From the NCBI GenBank assembly GCA_010093745.1, contig MU005965.1, forward strand, positions 62,001-126,000: 64,000 bases of DNA, in the 5' to 3' direction. This DNA is from Piedraia hortae CBS 480.64 (Eukaryota). The notes under the pieces are model-generated. The model saw only the letters and a program-made list of their open reading frames with translations, ran no database searches and had not been told where the DNA came from. The translations under genes were made by a program, and so were the position numbers. Below are positions 25,610 to 36,992 of the stretch, piece by piece; the first letter of the stretch is position 1; each line of letters opens with the position of its first letter.

Positions 25610-25993
25610 ATGCGCCCAATAGCCACCATGATGCTCAAACCTCTCCGCTGCTCACAGCTCCGCTCCTTCACAACCAGCAGCAGGCGCCTTCAATCGAAAT
25701 GGACACCGAGCCCATCCCCTCCACGTCTTCCAAAAGAAGAGCAAGAAATCTTCGAAAAACTCCAAGACAACTTCGTCGGCGCATTCGGCACTCCCCAACA
25801 ATCCTCCACCCAACAAGCCTCCGCCAGCCCCGAAGGCGATAGCCTCCACCCCAACATCCGCCGCGGCGCGCCCCCCGAATTCGAAGGCGACGTGAACCCT
25901 ACAACCGGCGAAGTGGGCGGTCCCAAAACCGATCCTCTCAAATACGGCAGTCAAGCAGATTGGAGCTACAACGGCCGAGTCACAGACTTTTAA
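25610..25993 (+). CDS. SDH8: Succinate dehydrogenase assembly factor 4 (DUF1674)
   Basis: PSPPRLPKEEQ and EFEGDVNPTTGEVGGPK..DWSYNGRVTDF; presequence. Start is 25610 or 25628. Confidence 0.9.
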   Translation: MRPIATMMLKPLRCSQLRSFTTSSRRLQSKWTPSPSPPRLPKEEQEIFEKLQDNFVGAFGTPQQSSTQQASASPEGDSLHPNIRRGAPPEFEGDVNPTTGEVGGPKTDPLKYGSQADWSYNGRVTDF

Positions 25994-26862
25994 ACCCCAG
26001 TCAACCTCCCAATCTCCCTCTTCACCTTCTCAATCTCCCTCCAAACCTGAACGTACTCCCTCGCGCGCGCGTCCGCGCCACGGAGGTCTTCATACTGTTG
26101 CAGCACCTCCTCCGCATTTCTTATCTTTGCCTTTAGTTTCCTCTCCTCATCTTCCAACTCTTTCGAACGAGCGAGGAGTGGTTCGGCGTGTTGTGTGATG
26201 AGCTGTGCATTCTGCACTGCGAGTTTCTTAGCCATCCCCTCTGCTACGGAGGCTAGATAACTCGCTCGCGCGCGTGTGGCTCGCTCCACGGAACCGTGGA
26301 TGCTTTGCTCTAGGAGTTTTACGCTTGTTTCGATCACTAGGTCTTTTAAGTCGTTGAATTCGGTAAGATGCTCTGCGATCGAGGTGCGGGAGCGGGTTAG
26401 TTCCTGCCGAAGTGAGGTGATCTGTTCTTGTGTAGATGTGATTTGGGTGTCTACTCCGCTGTCGTTTCCTCCGAGGATCGTATGCAAAGCGCGCGTGTCT
26501 TCTTCAAGCGAAAGGGCTATTCTCTCGCCGAGGGGCTGTAGCATCTCGGTGAAGTTTTCTTGATCCAGGGCGGAGAGGATTAGGTCGCGATCTGCAGACG
26601 TGAGGTTTGGTTCTAGGGCTGCAGAAGCGAGGAGGGATGTTTCATCGCCGAGGCGTTGGAGGGTCCATTGGAGAATGGCCCGCTTCGCGGTTTCGAGGCG
26701 TAAGGTAGCGAGGTTTTGTTGGAAGAGTTGGCGTTCGGGAGTGGTGGGTGGGAGGGTAGAGCCGTCGGAGGCGAATTTGTTGAGGAAGAGGTCGTCGCAT
26801 AGAGAGGAGAATTTGGGGTGCGAAGCTAGGATGGAGGGGGCAATTATTTCCGAGGGGTGCAT
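25990..26862 (-). CDS. Coiled-coil protein, possibly augmin/HAUS4-like
   Basis: 290-aa ORF; N-terminal ILASHPKFSSL..DGST pattern and coiled-coil C-terminal half. The family assignment is tentative. Confidence 0.6.
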   Translation of the reverse strand: MHPSEIIAPSILASHPKFSSLCDDLFLNKFASDGSTLPPTTPERQLFQQNLATLRLETAKRAILQWTLQRLGDETSLLASAALEPNLTSADRDLILSALDQENFTEMLQPLGERIALSLEEDTRALHTILGGNDSGVDTQITSTQEQITSLRQELTRSRTSIAEHLTEFNDLKDLVIETSVKLLEQSIHGSVERATRARASYLASVAEGMAKKLAVQNAQLITQHAEPLLARSKELEDEERKLKAKIRNAEEVLQQYEDLRGADARAREYVQVWREIEKVKREIGRLTGV

Positions 26863-27227
26863 GGTTGGTGAGTAGATGACTGGCTATATGGTTGGCTTGG
26901 ATTGGAGGTTTTGATGGGATTGCTTGTCTATGCCGTTCAACGCGAGATCGATGTTGCTTGGCGGGGAGTAGTGACGCGTTGTTTTTTTCTTGTGTGTGAT
27001 GCCAAGCTGGCTGTCGTGGTGGTTTCTGTGGAATCGACGGCACTCTAAGCCCGAGAACGAGAAATGAGGAGTTGGTCATCAATAACGAACGAATGCTTCC
27101 TGCTCAGTGTTGGGATAGAAATCGTTGATAGACTGCACAAGAGTGCCCAGTACAACAAGGGGGTTATACAGACGACATGATAGCCATTTGAGTGTACCAT
27201 TCACTATGAGCGCATTCGCTGCTAACT

Positions 27228-27790
27228 TCAAGTATGTCCTCTTTCTACTGCCCCTTTATCGACCACGCAATCGAACACAACAGCTTCATGTTCCCAACAT
27301 CCAGATATCCATGCACCTGCCACACATCGTTGTGATCTATATACCCTCGCCTCAAAGACTTCTGTCCCACACCGGTACCCTTCGTGGCATGCCGAAATAG
27401 CCCGACACACCCTCTGGAAGTGTTTATGGATGGTGATCATCTTCACGGATGCCAACTCGTCGAGCACATTCTTTCGCAGGTCGGACAAAGTGTTGCCACA
27501 GTGCCTGCGGAAGTAGGTTTTGGCACCGCCTCAGCGATATTCTATCCAATTTAACTCTGTATGGAATCTCGGGAGGAGCATAATGACCGCGTGCTCTTCC
27601 AGAGTTTCTCTTATCATGGAGCGCTGAGCTTGAAAATCCGGCTGCGAAGCTAGGGTTTTCCTCGCACAGCAGTTGTCGTCACCAGCATGGCCCTTCCGGC
27701 ATTCGAGCAACAACACATCTCGCCACAATTCCCCGCTCTTGCAGCACCATCCTCGCACCTTTGGCCACCGGACCATTGAGCCCTTGGTAC
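27228..27790 (-). mobile_element. Tc1/mariner/IS630-superfamily DDE transposase relic (C-terminal part)
   Basis: CCARKTLASQPDF..LPRFHTELNWIEYR*GGAKTYFRRHC..LRKNV; TGA at 27531-27533 sits where the conserved W is expected. Confidence 0.8.
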
Positions 27791-29083
27791 CACATCTCCC
27801 CTGTCGACCTTGGCAAAGTACTCCCGGAGGCTAGTCAGAGTAGCAGAGGTTGCATCGACACGCTCAGTTCATTCAGATCAGTCCTCATCTTCCGATGTTG
27901 GCTCCCCACGAACGACTGTAGGCAAAGCATTTTTTGAGTGGGAAGCCGAAGGCAAAGCAGGTGACGTCATATCCACGTGACGATTCTAGCGCGTGATTTG
28001 CGGAAATTTCCGGCCGCACTTCACGGTGAGAATTGACTTTTCAATCGTAATGGGCCTCAACGCTGCCGTGAAATGCGTTCGCAACCTACTCAATAAGATC
28101 ACTGGGGACGATTCTGCTTCATCCGGTCGACGCACATCCATTCGATCTGCATATAAGTTGAATCCGACGAACAAGAGGGCATATTTATTACATGTTGTTA
28201 CATTTGTGAGAAGATGTGTAACAGTATGCATACAAGCCTCTACGGAAAACTAGTTGACGCGTCAAGTCGAGAGCCGAGCACCGATTACTAATAATGCGCG
28301 TAATATACCGCATATTCACAACACATGTCCGCTGGTCGTTAGTTGCACTTCTGACTCTCAATTAGAAATTCGCAACAAAAGCATTCATACGAGGTACTAG
28401 CACGGTGAGCCCTGTGTCAGATGAGGTAGATTGGTGGTAGTTAGGACGCCCGAGGCTTCGCTGGGTTTTCTGCCTCATAGAGGAGTTTTCCCTTGTGTCG
28501 AGCTCACGTCATTGCGTGGTCTCGGCAAATGCGGTCTGGCCAACTGTGGGTCTGTGGAGGACGTTGCGTTAGCTCTCAGCACATAGAGACGTACGCAGTT
28601 ACACACACCTTCTGACCCAGACCTCACGTCTTACCCTCAGTCTCTCGTGTCCTTCAACCGCTTCTGCAACCGTTCCCTTTAAATTCCTGTCCTTTCAACT
28701 TCCATAACTAGGCCTCAACCATTCCAATTAACAATATGACCTACCCATGGATCCTTGCTTTATGAAAAGCAAAAATTTCAGCGCTGTAATCTCGATTCCC
28801 AGTGACCCTGCATCCGCTCTGCTGTGGGGGATGAAGCAAAGTAACGTATGCAGAGTATCGCGGCTCATGTTCATGTCATCATATTCAAAGCCGAATACCA
28901 GGCCATTTACATGTAAAAACGGCCAACCATGTCGAACGTCCCATGGCGGAACTAGCAGCACCCCGCTACAGGTGTCATGGTGCTGTCATGTCAACGGTCA
29001 GCTAAGGTTCAAGTCCGCAGGACCACATCTCAAGCATGGTGAAGAAACCACCTCGCGTCGAAAACGTCTCTGTATGCAACAGC

Positions 29084-30107
29084 ATGGTCTCTCTTCCCTT
29101 TGATATCCTGGTCGACATAGCAACAGATCTGCAAGATGACAAGGTCTCATTGCTCAATGCAGCAAAGGTGTGCAGAATCATGGAATGATGCGTTTACACC
29201 TTGCCTGTGGCGCGAGGTTCCGCATCGAGCTGTAACCAAATTGTGCCTTAACCGGCGGCAGTTCCTAGCAAACAGTGTTCGCACTCTCCACTTACGAGGA
29301 GCTTCGAGCTGGAAAAAGGTGATAGTAGATGTGAGCTTCCCTCAGGTGCAGAACTTGTCCATCAATTTTGAGGCGAATATCAGTTCGATCCGGTTCTTAC
29401 GAGGTGCCAAACGCGTATTACAACAGATCCTTTTTGGCTCGCTTCCGCGCTTCTGGACACTCAGTGCAGAGCACTGTCTGCAGCTCCTTGTCGACACAAT
29501 TCCACAATTGCAAACCGTAACCCTGGCCCATCCACCGGAATCCGCGTTCGGAATCCGACTGATCAAAGTGCTGGGGCGACTGAAAATTCTGCAAACTTTG
29601 GAAGTCATGTCCGCAAGAGGAAATCACAGGACTTTGGATTTTATCACGTTGCATTTGCCTCAACAGTCAAATCTTAAATACGTCAAAGTCCGTGGATGCA
29701 AACTGACTCATGAACGTCAGAAGATCGTTCCTAGGACTTCCGTACCGACTGAGTCAGTTCTGCCTAATATTCGGGTACTCGAGATATCCCATCAACTTTT
29801 GAACTTGCCAATGATATCCAGATTTGCACGCCACTTGCAGGCGCTCATCGTCAGAACCCTGCACCCACAAGGTCTTTTCGAGGCCATAGGTACATTGGCT
29901 AATCTCCTTGGGCTTAAAAATATCGTTGATAAAACTCCGGCCTGGCACTCATACGATCATTTACGGCAACTTCGCCACCTAAAAGTCTTGACGAAGCTGA
30001 GGAAACTCATAATCGGTGAACCGCCCAGTCAATACCTCCGTAACTACTGCTACTTTGGCCAAGTTGCCATGGAGACGATGTTGCCATCGTTTGGGGTGTT
30101 GGCATGA
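29084..30107 (+). pseudogene. F-box/LRR paralogue, frameshifted and 3'-truncated
   Basis: MVSLPFDILVDIA..AAKVCR, then a +1 A near 29178 (AGAATCATGG versus AGATCATGG in the 7946 gene). Homology runs to LPSFG and then breaks into repeat DNA. Confidence 0.8.
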
Positions 30108-30129
30108 AGTCTCGTTGCTGTGAGTGTAC

Positions 30130-30242
30130 GATGCTACTATGCGACACCTCTTATACCAGCAGCTGCACCCTAGGTTCTGTCCTCACAGAGGTTTTCCTCA
30201 GGGTCGTTTCGCATGCGACATGGTGAATGCGCCCTGCTACTG
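30130..30242 (+). repeat. Diverged copy of repeat module A
   Basis: cagctgcaccctaggttctgtcctcacagaggttttcctcaggg..gacatggtgaatgcgccctgcta aligns with about 42038-42117. Confidence 0.85.
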
Positions 30243-31339
30243 TTTGAGGTGAGTCATGGAGTAAGACTGCATGCTGACGGTCTTGCAGACCGGGAGGTGC
30301 CAATATCTCCCCAAGCCTGTACGAGACACTTCTGTAGCTGTTGACAATACAAGCAGCATCAAAAGCTGGGCGTCTCTTTGCACTTGATTCTGGAGTGCGC
30401 TGACTGTTCTTTGAGCTGCTTGCTGGCATTGGTCTGCTCTTGGATGATGTTGGCCTGCTCTTCGGTTGCCTTGGCTTGCCCTCAATGGTATGCTGGGTGC
30501 AGCGAATGTAATTGTAAAGAGAAGATTCACACACCGCGGCGTCGTATGAGCAGTCGCCGTTGCTGGCCATGGTAGCCGTGGTTGCCAATGTCGTTGCAGT
30601 CTGTCAAAAGGATGTGGCACCCACCATGACCAGAACTATAGATAGAAGTCGAAACTTCTCAGGGTTTTTACCTCTTTAGAGGAAGTTTTCCCTGAGACGG
30701 GTCATTGTCTCGTTCATGCTTAATGGCATGGTTCGCTGACGTTGTCCTGGCAAATGCGGTTAGACTGAGGTAGTGTGGGGGAGATTCTGAACCTCACCTC
30801 ATAGAGATAGACATCTACGATTACACATTTTTCGGTAAAAGTTGAGTAAAAACTTTCGTCGTTGAAATCCACTCCGCTCTAGTCCTCGGAGGTTCACCCC
30901 TCCGACACAGTCAAACCTGGATATAGCGGACACTGAAGGCAGGGAATTTCTTGATATCGCATGCAAGACATTGTGCTATAGACTGAAATACCAGAAGGGG
31001 GAAAGAAGTATAAAAACATGGCTGAGTCATTGTGTTTGTGTGGAAAAAAAAAGTTAAAGTGAAGGGAAACTTGTGTGCCAAGCTCGCCCTACTCCACGGC
31101 GCCACCCGAACGGTATTTGCCGTGACCCTGCAACCGCCTTTCCTAAATGGGGGAGAGCCACATGTGAAGCCTCATCTCCGCGATGCATCCAAGTACGGTG
31201 ACATGCCTTTGGATAGGCCCGCCGTGAAATAATTTAAACTGCTGGATAGCCGCCCCTTGTTAATTTGCACCATACTCACGACCTGCCTGTTTCACCATTT
31301 CTCAACCTCTCGTTAAGCAAACACCCATCACCCAACAAG

Positions 31340-32070
31340 ATGCCCCCTCTTCTCTCTGACACCCCGGTCGAAATATCAACAAATCTGCAAGATGACAAGT
31401 TCCCTTTACAGCAGCAAATTGTGCAGATCACCGAACGATGCATATACGCTTTTCCTGTGGCGCAAACCAGCTCTTTCCACGACGTCCCTTAGCCGGCCTG
31501 ACAGTATCCGCGCACTTCATCTACGAGGTGCTTTACACTGAAAGAGATTAATATTGGATGAGTACTTCCCGTGGCTCCGAAACTTACCCAGGAAGGTCTG
31601 TTTAATCTGGTTCTTTTACAAGATACAAAACACATATTATAATAGCTCCTTGTCAAATTGTTCTTACGTTTCTGGTCCCCGGTGCAGGGCACAAACAACT
31701 CCTTGACACAACCCCGAACGCACACCATTACCCTGACTTTATCCCCAGAAATCGCCATTGCAATCAAAACAACCAAAGTGCAGGTTGACGAAAAGCCTAC
31801 ACTGAGAATCCAAGGGAGACAAAGAGCATCATACATCAAGCCCAAAATCAAATCTCTCCATTGATCTACCCTCAGAATCCAAATTCAGCGGCAAGCCAAT
31901 CAGAATGCAGGTCGACCGAACAGTCTACATCAAAAGTCCAAGGAAAATAGTGCGTTTACACTCACATCTACCCTAGCAATCAAATCTTTCCCATTGATCT
32001 CTCCCCGGCTGAAAACTCCACATGAAAAGTCAAGGAAAATAGGGAGTTCACCCTCACATCCACCCCAAGG
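31340..32070 (+). pseudogene. Highly degenerate F-box/LRR paralogue with internal tandem duplications
   Basis: atctgcaagatgacaag is shared with the 29084 copy; cctgtggcgc is also shared. Duplicated blocks caaatct..ccattgatct and aaggaaaatag..ctcacatc lie at 31848-32066. Confidence 0.6.
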
Positions 32071-32951
32071 ATCGTGTCCAAAGATCCCGTAGGTGCGAAC
32101 AATTCAATCCAATCGCCCCAAAGTAACCCAAACCTCCCAACATCCATGCGATGAAATATTTCACGAAGTCCTTAACCTCACACTTCACCAAACCTACAAT
32201 CACAACGGCGTGTAAAGGGTCTCTTTGAAGGAATAGACAGCTCGTAGCCTCACCAGCATAATCTCCCAACCCAGCACTCAAAAGACTCCAAACACCGCCT
32301 AGACAAAACTCACAAGCTCAGATCAGCCGAGTGCACTGCTCGTCAAAGGACTTTTTTCTGAGAGAGATCCTTCCACGCTGGAAGATCTCTATCTCTGGCT
32401 CGGGTGTTTTGTTGGCGATGGGAAGGATTGCTTGAAGCTAATTGGCTGGAACGGCTAATGATATGCAGACCAGAGATTTTTTTCGGGGCTAGGAGGCTGG
32501 AGATGGGACAGGGTTTGGAGGCGGATGGAGGCTGTCTACGGCGATCATGCGGAAGTGGTGTGCTTTCGGGGTAAGCATAGGTGAACGCTGGGATGTTGCT
32601 GATTTGATTTGGGTAGGGATGATAGCGTGATGGAGTACCAAGCGTCGGAACTGAGGGGCCTTGGTTGCGAGATTTGTGAGAGATTTTGTAGGCTTGGATA
32701 GATGGCGACGATTCCTGCAAGCGCCTATCTAGAGAGGAGAGAGGGTGTGTTGCGGAATTCGAGATTCTGAGCTTTGGCAGCAAGCTGAGCTATAATTTGG
32801 ATGAGTAACATCCAGTGGTAATAATACACAAAGGTCGTTCTTTTATCCTCTACTCTCATTCCAGGTTCCTCGCGAAGCCCGTGTCTTCCCCTTTGGACAG
32901 CGCGGTCGGCGAAGACTGGTATACACATCCCTGTCTGATAAACGACAACAA

Positions 32952-33323
32952 TCAACTCGCTTCACTTCCCTGCACCCTCTGATCGACGACTTCCTCCCTA
33001 TACCATCGTCTGATGCCATCAAACGGCGTAGGTTCCCCCTTCGTATCCATATCCATGTACAACACTCCATAAACAAGAACAAACAGAACACTCCCCCATT
33101 GCGTAAGCTTCAAAGCCTTAACCCAAGTCGGACGAGCCCATTTCAATTTCGTCCGTCTTCTGTACCTTCTCTCGAGGCGAAACTGGTGTTTTTGCGACAA
33201 CTTCTCAAAGTCTGGGGGCCAGGAGCGTTTGCAGTTGTACGGATTCGAGAATACGTTAAACGGGACTTGTATTCTGGGTGCTTGAGCCGGCGCACGACGG
33301 AAGAGGGCGGCGATATGGGACAT
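32952..33323 (-). CDS. Small conserved fungal membrane protein, probably mitochondrial
   Basis: WPPDFEKLSQKHQFRLERRYRRRTKLKWARP plus one TM helix; divergent from LeuRS with a 154-bp spacer. Confidence 0.75.
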   Translation of the reverse strand: MSHIAALFRRAPAQAPRIQVPFNVFSNPYNCKRSWPPDFEKLSQKHQFRLERRYRRRTKLKWARPTWVKALKLTQWGSVLFVLVYGVLYMDMDTKGEPTPFDGIRRWYREEVVDQRVQGSEAS

Positions 33324-33477
33324 AATCTGTCTTGTTGGGTTGGATTGTTGGATGGTTGGTTGTCGGGGAAACGTTTCTCCGGGCTCCACCTTCGAACTTC
33401 CCAAACGGGTAAACCCGCGCATGAGAATCTCTGCACCACGTTCTTTGCGACTCGGGCTGTCATTTAGACAATACACA

Positions 33478-36400
33478 ATGGCAGCTGTCGAGGCGACAAA
33501 GAAGGCGCTGGCCCCAGTCCAGGCCAAGGGCACGTTGGCGCTGGAGAACACGGCCAAGCGCGACGAGCTCATCGCCAACGAGAAGAAGTGCCAGCAGGCG
33601 TGGGCACAGACGAAGGTGTTTGAACAGGACGCGCCGAGTCTGGAGGATGTGCCGCTGCATTCGATTCTGCCTGCTGAGCTGCGGAAGAAGTACCCCAAGT
33701 TTATGGCCACCATGGCCTACCCGTACATGAATGGAACGCTTCATGCCGGACACGGTTTTACGGCTTCGAAACTCGAGTTTGCGGTCGGATGGGCCAGGAT
33801 GTGCGGGAAACGTGCGCTGTATCCGCAGGGTTATCACTGCACTGGCATGCCGATCAAGGCCTGCGCCGACAAGTTGGAGCGCGAGATTGAAATGTTTGGG
33901 CAGCAGTTTGAGCGGTGCGAACTCAACCAGATCAAGGAAGAGAAGGAGGAAGCGGCCCCCGTGCAGGAAGCGTCAAAGGAGGATGTCACCAAGTTCGCCG
34001 CCAAGAAGAGCAAGGCGGCGGCGAAGACGAATGTGGCGCTAAAGTACCAGTTTCAGATCATGCTGGCCCTGGGCATTCCGATTGAAGAGATTTACAAGTT
34101 TGCGGAGCCGCAGTATTGGCTGGAGTTCTTCCCGCCCCTGTGCCAGCGTGACTTGACCAATCTCGGCTGTCGTGTGGACTGGAGACGGTCTTTTGTCACG
34201 ACGGATGCGAATCCCTATTATGACGCGTTTGTGCGGTGGCAGATGAACCGCCTGAAGCAAATGAACAGGATTAAATTCGGGAAACGGTACACAATCTACT
34301 CGCCCAAGGATGGACAGGCGTGTATGGACCACGACAGAAGTACGGGCGAGGGCGTGGGCGTGCAGGAATACGTAGCGCTGAAGCTGAAGGTCAAGGACTG
34401 GGCCGAGGCGGCTAAGGACAAGGTGTCCAAGCTGCCTGAAGGCTCAAATGTGTATTTTGTGCCTGCCACTTTGCGCCCAGAGACCATGTATGGTCAGGTG
34501 TGCTGTTTTGTCGGGCCTACCATCACATACGGTATCTACGAGGTCGAGAAGGGGAAGGAGTATTACTTCCTTTCAGAGCGTTCAGCTCGCAACATGGCTT
34601 ACCAGGGCATCTTTCCCAAATGGGGCGAGCATCCCAAGGTGGCAGAGCTGAAAGGTGCTGATGTTATCGGTACTCTTGTTGATGCACCGCTGTCGGTACA
34701 TAAGGATGGAGTGCGCGTCCTGCCCATGGCAAGCGTCAAGGAAACCAAAGGCACGGGGGTTGTGACTTCTGTTCCCAGCGATTCTCCCGATGACTATGCC
34801 ACCATGTTGGATTTGGCCAAGAAGGCTGAATACTATGGCATCAAGAAGGAATGGGCAGAGTTGGAGGTTGTGCCGCTGATCGAAACTCCGTCCTATGGCA
34901 ACCTGACAGCCAAGCATCTGGTGGAGACGATGAAGATCAACTCGCCAAAGGATGCGAAGCAGTTGGCAGAAGCAAAGGAGTTGGCGTACAAAGAGGGCTT
35001 CTACAAAGGAAAGATGATATACGGGGACTTTGCTGGCAAAAGCGTGGAGGAAGCGAAGCCGCTGGTGAGGCAGCAACTGCTGGACTCTGGCGATGCTTTC
35101 AACTATGCAGAACCGGAGAACCTCGTTGTCTCCCGCAGCAGCGATGAGTGTGTGGCCGGCCATCTGGACCAATGGTTCATGAACTACGGCAAACCAGAGA
35201 ACAGCGGTGACGGTGAGTGGCAGCCGTCGGTGTTAAAGCATGTGCAGAATGAAGACGGACAAGGCCTCAACACTTTCTCCACAGAGGCCAAGAACGCCTT
35301 TGTCCAGGTGCTTGACTGGCTAAACCAATGGGCTTGTGCGCGGTCGTATGGCCTGGGCACCAAGTTGCCCTGGGACCACAGCCAGCTGGTTGAATCGCTG
35401 TCAGACTCTACCATCTACATGTCATACTATACCATCGCTCACCTTTTGCACAAAGACATCTTCGGTGCTACCCGTGGCCCAGCTAATGTTGGGCCGGAGC
35501 AGATGACGGATGAGGTGTGGGACTATATCTTCTGCCGCTCCACTGAAGCTCCCGACGTAATCCCAAGGGAGACTCTGGACAGGATGCGGAGAGAATTCGA
35601 GTACTGGTACCCGCTGGACGTCAGAATATCCGGCAAGGATCTGATCCAGAACCATCTGACCTTTTTTCTATACGTCCATCTAGCTCTGTTCCGTTCGGAG
35701 TACTGGCCACGAGCGGTGCGTGTCAACGGTCACTTGATGCTGAACGGCGAGAAGATGTCCAAGTCAACAGGAAACTTCCTGACACTCGCCGATGCAACTG
35801 TGAAATTCGGTGCAGATGCCACTCGTATCGCCTTTGCAGATGCAGGCGACGGCATCGAAGACGCCAATTTCGAAGAGACTGTGGCCAACTCCAACATCCT
35901 CCGCATGTACGAGTTGCGCGTGTGGTGCGAGTCTGTGATCCAAGACGCCCGTCTGTTGAAAGACAACGAGACTTATGCCCAGGTAACGAAACAAGAGCGT
36001 CACAAGAATAACGACGCCGTCCAACGAACGGGATCAAAGATGTTCTGGGACGAAATCTTCGAAAACGAACTCAACACGCTCGTCAAGCAGACTGGCGAAT
36101 CCTACGACCTCTCAAACTACAAAGCAGCTGTCAAATCTGGTCTATACGACTTTATCTCCGCCCGTGACGCCTATCGGGAGAGCACAAAAGCCGCCGGCGT
36201 GGGCATGCACGCAGACCTCATCAAACGCTACGTGGAGCTACAAGCCCTAATGATCGCCGTCGTGGCACCTCACTGGGCGGAATACATCTGGCAGGAAGTC
36301 CTCAAGAAGGACTCTACCATCCAAAACGCCCTCTTCCCATCAGTCCCAGACCCCCAACCCGCCCTAACAGCCGCAAGGGACTACGTCCGCAGCACATCCA

Positions 36401-36882
36401 GCAACATCACCTCAGCCGAAGGCGCACAGCGCAAGAAACTCTCAAAGGGGAAACAGGCCTCTTACGACCCCAACCAGCCCAAGAGATTGTACATATACAT
36501 GGCACGCAGCTATCCTAAATGGCAGGACGACGTCGTCGAAATTGTCCGCAAGAATTTTGACGGCATGAAACTAGACATGGCGGAAGTGTCCAAGTCAATC
36601 CCCAAAGGAAACGCTAAACGCGCCATGCCGTTTGTGCAGATGTTGAAGCGGAGCTTAGAAACAACAGACGAGCGGGAAAAGGTCTTTGACCGAAAACTAG
36701 CATTTGACGAGGAGGCGGTGCTGAAAGAGATGGTTCCCGTTTTGATGCAGACTTTGCAAAAATGCGAGGCGGTGGAGGTTATCCCAGTCGAGGAAGGGTC
36801 TGAAAAGAAAGACCTCCCGCAAGTAGCTGAAAACGCTATTCCGGGACAGCCCACTTTCTTCTTTGAGAACATCGCTCCGTAG
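33478..36882 (+). CDS. CDC60: Cytosolic leucyl-tRNA synthetase
   Basis: YPYMNGTLHAGH (HIGH motif), ATLRPETMYG, GTGVVTSVPSDSPDD editing domain, KMSKS; intronless. Confidence 0.97.
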   Translation: MAAVEATKKALAPVQAKGTLALENTAKRDELIANEKKCQQAWAQTKVFEQDAPSLEDVPLHSILPAELRKKYPKFMATMAYPYMNGTLHAGHGFTASKLEFAVGWARMCGKRALYPQGYHCTGMPIKACADKLEREIEMFGQQFERCELNQIKEEKEEAAPVQEASKEDVTKFAAKKSKAAAKTNVALKYQFQIMLALGIPIEEIYKFAEPQYWLEFFPPLCQRDLTNLGCRVDWRRSFVTTDANPYYDAFVRWQMNRLKQMNRIKFGKRYTIYSPKDGQACMDHDRSTGEGVGVQEYVALKLKVKDWAEAAKDKVSKLPEGSNVYFVPATLRPETMYGQVCCFVGPTITYGIYEVEKGKEYYFLSERSARNMAYQGIFPKWGEHPKVAELKGADVIGTLVDAPLSVHKDGVRVLPMASVKETKGTGVVTSVPSDSPDDYATMLDLAKKAEYYGIKKEWAELEVVPLIETPSYGNLTAKHLVETMKINSPKDAKQLAEAKELAYKEGFYKGKMIYGDFAGKSVEEAKPLVRQQLLDSGDAFNYAEPENLVVSRSSDECVAGHLDQWFMNYGKPENSGDGEWQPSVLKHVQNEDGQGLNTFSTEAKNAFVQVLDWLNQWACARSYGLGTKLPWDHSQLVESLSDSTIYMSYYTIAHLLHKDIFGATRGPANVGPEQMTDEVWDYIFCRSTEAPDVIPRETLDRMRREFEYWYPLDVRISGKDLIQNHLTFFLYVHLALFRSEYWPRAVRVNGHLMLNGEKMSKSTGNFLTLADATVKFGADATRIAFADAGDGIEDANFEETVANSNILRMYELRVWCESVIQDARLLKDNETYAQVTKQERHKNNDAVQRTGSKMFWDEIFENELNTLVKQTGESYDLSNYKAAVKSGLYDFISARDAYRESTKAAGVGMHADLIKRYVELQALMIAVVAPHWAEYIWQEVLKKDSTIQNALFPSVPDPQPALTAARDYVRSTSSNITSAEGAQRKKLSKGKQASYDPNQPKRLYIYMARSYPKWQDDVVEIVRKNFDGMKLDMAEVSKSIPKGNAKRAMPFVQMLKRSLETTDEREKVFDRKLAFDEEAVLKEMVPVLMQTLQKCEAVEVIPVEEGSEKKDLPQVAENAIPGQPTFFFENIAP

Positions 36883-36992
36883 ATAAAAAGTTCTGCATAC
36901 CCAAAAGTCATTCATCCTCAATTATCCATCCAAATCACCCCCCCTCCCCCCAAACCTCCCCAAACCCCCCTTCCCCATCCCTCCAGGGTTAT

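Noticed and set aside
27531..27533. Alternative genetic code (TGA read as Trp)
   Set aside because: Intact genes use TGG for Trp and TGA as a stop; this is a nonsense mutation in a dead transposase.
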